DNA from: Abditibacteriaceae bacterium
GTDB lineage: Bacteria; Armatimonadota; Abditibacteriia; Abditibacteriales; Abditibacteriaceae
Assembly (NCBI GenBank): GCA_031372065.1
Contig: JANMKN010000379.1
Coordinates: 1 to 17,647 of the forward strand
Direction of reading: 5' to 3'
Length of the DNA: 17,647 nt
Shown: positions 14,974 to 17,647 of the stretch, one piece after another
How positions within the stretch are numbered: the stretch's first letter is position 1
How the letters are laid out: every line of letters starts with the position of its first letter
Position numbers and translations under genes: made by a program
Notes under the pieces: generated by a model
Seen by the model: the letters and a program-made list of their open reading frames with translations, nothing else
The model's database searches: none
Told to the model about the DNA's origin: nothing

Positions 14974-17433
14974 ATGCCCGCTTCCGCCCATAAAAAAACC
15001 GCTCCGCGCCCCGCAAAAACCCAAACGCCAGCCAAAGCAGCGACTAAGGCGCCGACTAAAGTGCGCACTGTGGCGCCGGTGCAAAATCTCGATCAACCAC
15101 AGCTTTTCGTGAACCGCGAATTGTCTTGGTTGGAATTTAATTATCGCGTGCTGGAAGAAGCGTTAGACGACACTAATCCACTGCTGGAACGCTTGAAATT
15201 CCTTTCCATTTTCTCGTCGAATCTCGATGAGTTTTTTGAAATTCGCGTCGCCGGTTTGCAGCGGCAAGTCGAAACAGGCTCGCAAAAAGCTGAAGTCGAT
15301 GGAATGCACCCCACGCAAATTTTAAACGAAATTCAAGAGCGCGTTACGCGCATGGTGCAACAACAATATCGCTGCTACAACCGCGAAATTGTGCCCGGTT
15401 TGGCTGCGCACGGCGTGGATTTGCTGACTGTCGAAGACCTTGATGAGCAAGGCAAAGCGTGGTGCGCCAAATATTTTCAAGAGCAGGTTTTTCCAGTTCT
15501 TACACCGCTGGCGATTGACCCGTCACACCCGTTTCCGCAACTGTTAAACAAAAGTTTAAACCTCGCGGTTTTGCTGGACGCGCCGCGCGGCGGGCCAGCG
15601 CAGGGCGCGTTGTTTGAAAATTGGAATCCCTCGCAAGCCGGGCGGCTTGGCGTGGTGCAAGTGCCACGCGTTTTGCCGCGTTTGGTGGAATTGCCCGCCG
15701 AAATCACCGGGCCGGGGCCAACTGATTATGTGTTTTTATCGTCGCTGATTGGCTCGCACATCGCGCAATTATTCCCCGGCCTGCGCGTTTTGGGCTGCTA
15801 TGCGTTTCGCGTCACACGCAACTCGGAACTTTACATTGACGAAGATGAAGCTGACAATTTGCTGGAAGCGATGCACGAGCATTTGCAACAGCGGCGGCGC
15901 GGCGATGCGGTGCGTCTCGAAGTGCAACGCGGCTGCGACCCGCAAGTAAAAGAAATGCTGCTGCGGACGTTTGAATTGGAAGCGATGGACCTTTACGAAG
16001 TGGATGGCCCCATCAATTTGACGCGTTTGATGACCGTTTATTCGGCGGTGCGTAAGCGCGAACTCAAAGACGTGCCTTTTGCGCCTGTAGTGCCGCCGCC
16101 GCTGCGTCAAATCGAAACCGCCAATGATTTATTCGCCGCCATTCGCCGCGAAGATATTTTGCTGCATCATCCTTACGAGAGTTTTCAGCCCGTGGTAGAT
16201 TTCATTTCGCTGGCCGCCGATGACCCGCAAGTGCTTGCCATCAAGCAAACGTTGTATCGCACTTCCGGCAATTCGCCGATTGTGCGCGCCTTGATGCGCG
16301 CGGCGCAAAACGGCAAGCAAGTGACGGCTTTAGTCGAACTCAAAGCGCGTTTCGACGAAGAAAACAACATTCAATGGGCGCGGGCGATGGAAGACGCGGG
16401 CGTTCATGTTTTATATGGACTTGTCGGCCTGAAAACGCATTGCAAAATGGCTCTTGTCGTGCGGCGCGAAGAACACGAACTTCGCCGTTATGTGCATCTG
16501 GGAACCGGCAATTACAACGAAGTCACGGCCCATCTTTATACCGATATTGGTTTGCTCACCGCGCGGCCCGAAATCGGCGAAGACATGGCAAAGATTTTCA
16601 ATTTGATGACCGGCATGGGGCAATATACTGGCTTGATTAGCCTACACATGGCACCATTTCGCTTGCATCAAACGTTTTTGGCATTGATCGAGCGCGAAAC
16701 ACAGTATGCAGTGCGTGGAAAAACCCAAAAACCAAAAGCCAAAGTCCAAAACCCAAAGTCGCCCCACATCATTATCAAAATGAATTCGCTGGTTGACCCG
16801 CAAATTATCAAGGCGCTTTATCGCGCTTCGCAAGCGGGTGTGAAAGTTGACCTCATCATTCGCGGTATTTGTTGCTTGCGTCCGGGTTTGCCGGGCGTCA
16901 GCGAAAACATTACGGTGCGTTCAATTGTTGATCGTTATTTGGAACACTCGCGCATCTTTTATTTCAGCAACGATGGCAACGAAGAAATGTATTGCGGTAG
17001 CGCCGATTGGATGCCGCGCAATTTTTTCCGGCGCATCGAAACCGTATTCCCTGTTTTAGACCCCGCTCTGAAAAAGCGCCTGCGCGATGAAATCCTCGGC
17101 ACTTATTTGCGCGATAACACCAAAGCGCGCCTGATGAAAAGCGATGGCTGCTATGCGCGTGTGCGCCGTCGCGCCAATGAAAATCCGCGCCGCGCCCAGC
17201 AATGGCTGATGCAAAAAACCGAAGACGAAAAACCAGAAAAAGTAACGACGTTTCTGTCATCGCGTCCCGGCGTGACGCCCAATAATGGCGTAGAATTGAA
17301 ATTGCGCCCGCATCCGACCAACACCGCCCCCGCTTCTGCCGATGGCCGCGCCGGAACCGGCAGCGACCCGGTTTTACAATCGGTGAAGCAATCTTTAGAA
17401 AATAAGGTTGAAGACAAGCCCGAAGGCGCGTAA
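14974..17433 (+). CDS. ppk1: Polyphosphate kinase 1 (819 aa)
   Basis: NRELSWLEFN, PLLERLKFL, SNLDEFFEIRV, HHPYESF, IKQTLYRT, ELKARFDE, LKTHCK (phospho-His), HLGTGNYN, RYLEHSR, GSADWMPRN. ATG 14974 has a CAGGA RBS and is preferred over GTG 14947. Confidence 0.98.
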   Translation: MPASAHKKTAPRPAKTQTPAKAATKAPTKVRTVAPVQNLDQPQLFVNRELSWLEFNYRVLEEALDDTNPLLERLKFLSIFSSNLDEFFEIRVAGLQRQVETGSQKAEVDGMHPTQILNEIQERVTRMVQQQYRCYNREIVPGLAAHGVDLLTVEDLDEQGKAWCAKYFQEQVFPVLTPLAIDPSHPFPQLLNKSLNLAVLLDAPRGGPAQGALFENWNPSQAGRLGVVQVPRVLPRLVELPAEITGPGPTDYVFLSSLIGSHIAQLFPGLRVLGCYAFRVTRNSELYIDEDEADNLLEAMHEHLQQRRRGDAVRLEVQRGCDPQVKEMLLRTFELEAMDLYEVDGPINLTRLMTVYSAVRKRELKDVPFAPVVPPPLRQIETANDLFAAIRREDILLHHPYESFQPVVDFISLAADDPQVLAIKQTLYRTSGNSPIVRALMRAAQNGKQVTALVELKARFDEENNIQWARAMEDAGVHVLYGLVGLKTHCKMALVVRREEHELRRYVHLGTGNYNEVTAHLYTDIGLLTARPEIGEDMAKIFNLMTGMGQYTGLISLHMAPFRLHQTFLALIERETQYAVRGKTQKPKAKVQNPKSPHIIIKMNSLVDPQIIKALYRASQAGVKVDLIIRGICCLRPGLPGVSENITVRSIVDRYLEHSRIFYFSNDGNEEMYCGSADWMPRNFFRRIETVFPVLDPALKKRLRDEILGTYLRDNTKARLMKSDGCYARVRRRANENPRRAQQWLMQKTEDEKPEKVTTFLSSRPGVTPNNGVELKLRPHPTNTAPASADGRAGTGSDPVLQSVKQSLENKVEDKPEGA
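16720..16761 (+). repeat. In-frame heptamer tandem repeat (6 x 7 nt) inside ppk1
   Basis: AAAACCC-AAAAACC-AAAAGCC-AAAGTCC-AAAACCC-AAAGTCG, encoding KTQKPKAKVQNPKS. Confidence 0.8.
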
Positions 17434-17461
17434 AATCAGGGCGTTTAATCAATCAGTGATC

Positions 17462-17572
17462 ATAGAACGCGAATTTCGCAAATTTCCGCCAATTCGGATT
17501 GTTTAGCGAAGTCCAGATTTTCTGCAAAAAATTCGCGCGAATTCCCGTTCATTTGCGGAATTTGCGTTCTAT
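17462..17572. repeat. Long inverted repeat built from ~9-nt units downstream of ppk1
   Basis: ATAGAACGCGAATTTCGCAAAT (17462-17483) versus ATTTGCGGAATTTGCGTTCTAT (17551-17572): 20/22 complementary, both mismatches G-U on the + RNA; internal CGCGAATTT/CGCAAATTT periodicity. Confidence 0.8.
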
Positions 17573-17609
17573 TGAAAGCAGTTTAGTTACAAAGAGTTAA
17601 GGAACTCGC

Positions 17610-17647
17610 ATGGCAAATCATTTCGTGGCCGTGGATGTCGGCGGCAC
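17610..17647 (+). CDS. 5' end of a probable ROK/ASKHA-family sugar kinase (truncated by the window edge)
   Basis: AAGGA RBS, then MANHFVAVDVGG(T), the N-terminal DxGGT phosphate-1 motif; only 12 full codons visible. Confidence 0.7.
   Translation, partial: MANHFVAVDVGG

Noticed and set aside
1..17647. CRISPR array, tRNA/rRNA, transposase or integrase
   Set aside because: No spaced direct repeats, cloverleaf or rRNA signatures, or recombinase motifs seen by eye.

Overview
Bacterial chromosomal window (mostly ~55% GC, rich in GCGC/CGCG words; lineage cannot be fixed from sequence alone). The left third holds three co-oriented minus-strand signalling genes: a CHASE2 membrane class III nucleotidyl cyclase with an unusual Lys->Asn change at the base-specifying position, a translationally coupled exported FecR-like/DUF928-like protein, and a large (>1097 aa) CHAT caspase-like protease/STAND NTPase/TPR protein. 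That last gene is absent from the supplied ORF track because it runs off the left edge; I translated it by hand. Its C-terminal ~400 visible codons switch to AT-rich composition, suggesting a swapped sensor module. The rest is mostly housekeeping: a small orphan ORF, a baeRF3 (aeRF1/Balon-like, no GGQ) protein, a rhomboid-TPR protease, MutT-like Nudix, GH127, an alpha/beta hydrolase, an isochorismatase-family hydrolase, a small membrane protein, sixA, ppk1 and the start of a ROK-like sugar kinase. Several gene junctions carry short-period (7-, 8-, 9-nt) tandem repeats, some folded as hairpins, and one heptamer array lies in frame inside ppk1. No rRNA, tRNA, CRISPR array or transposase was seen.
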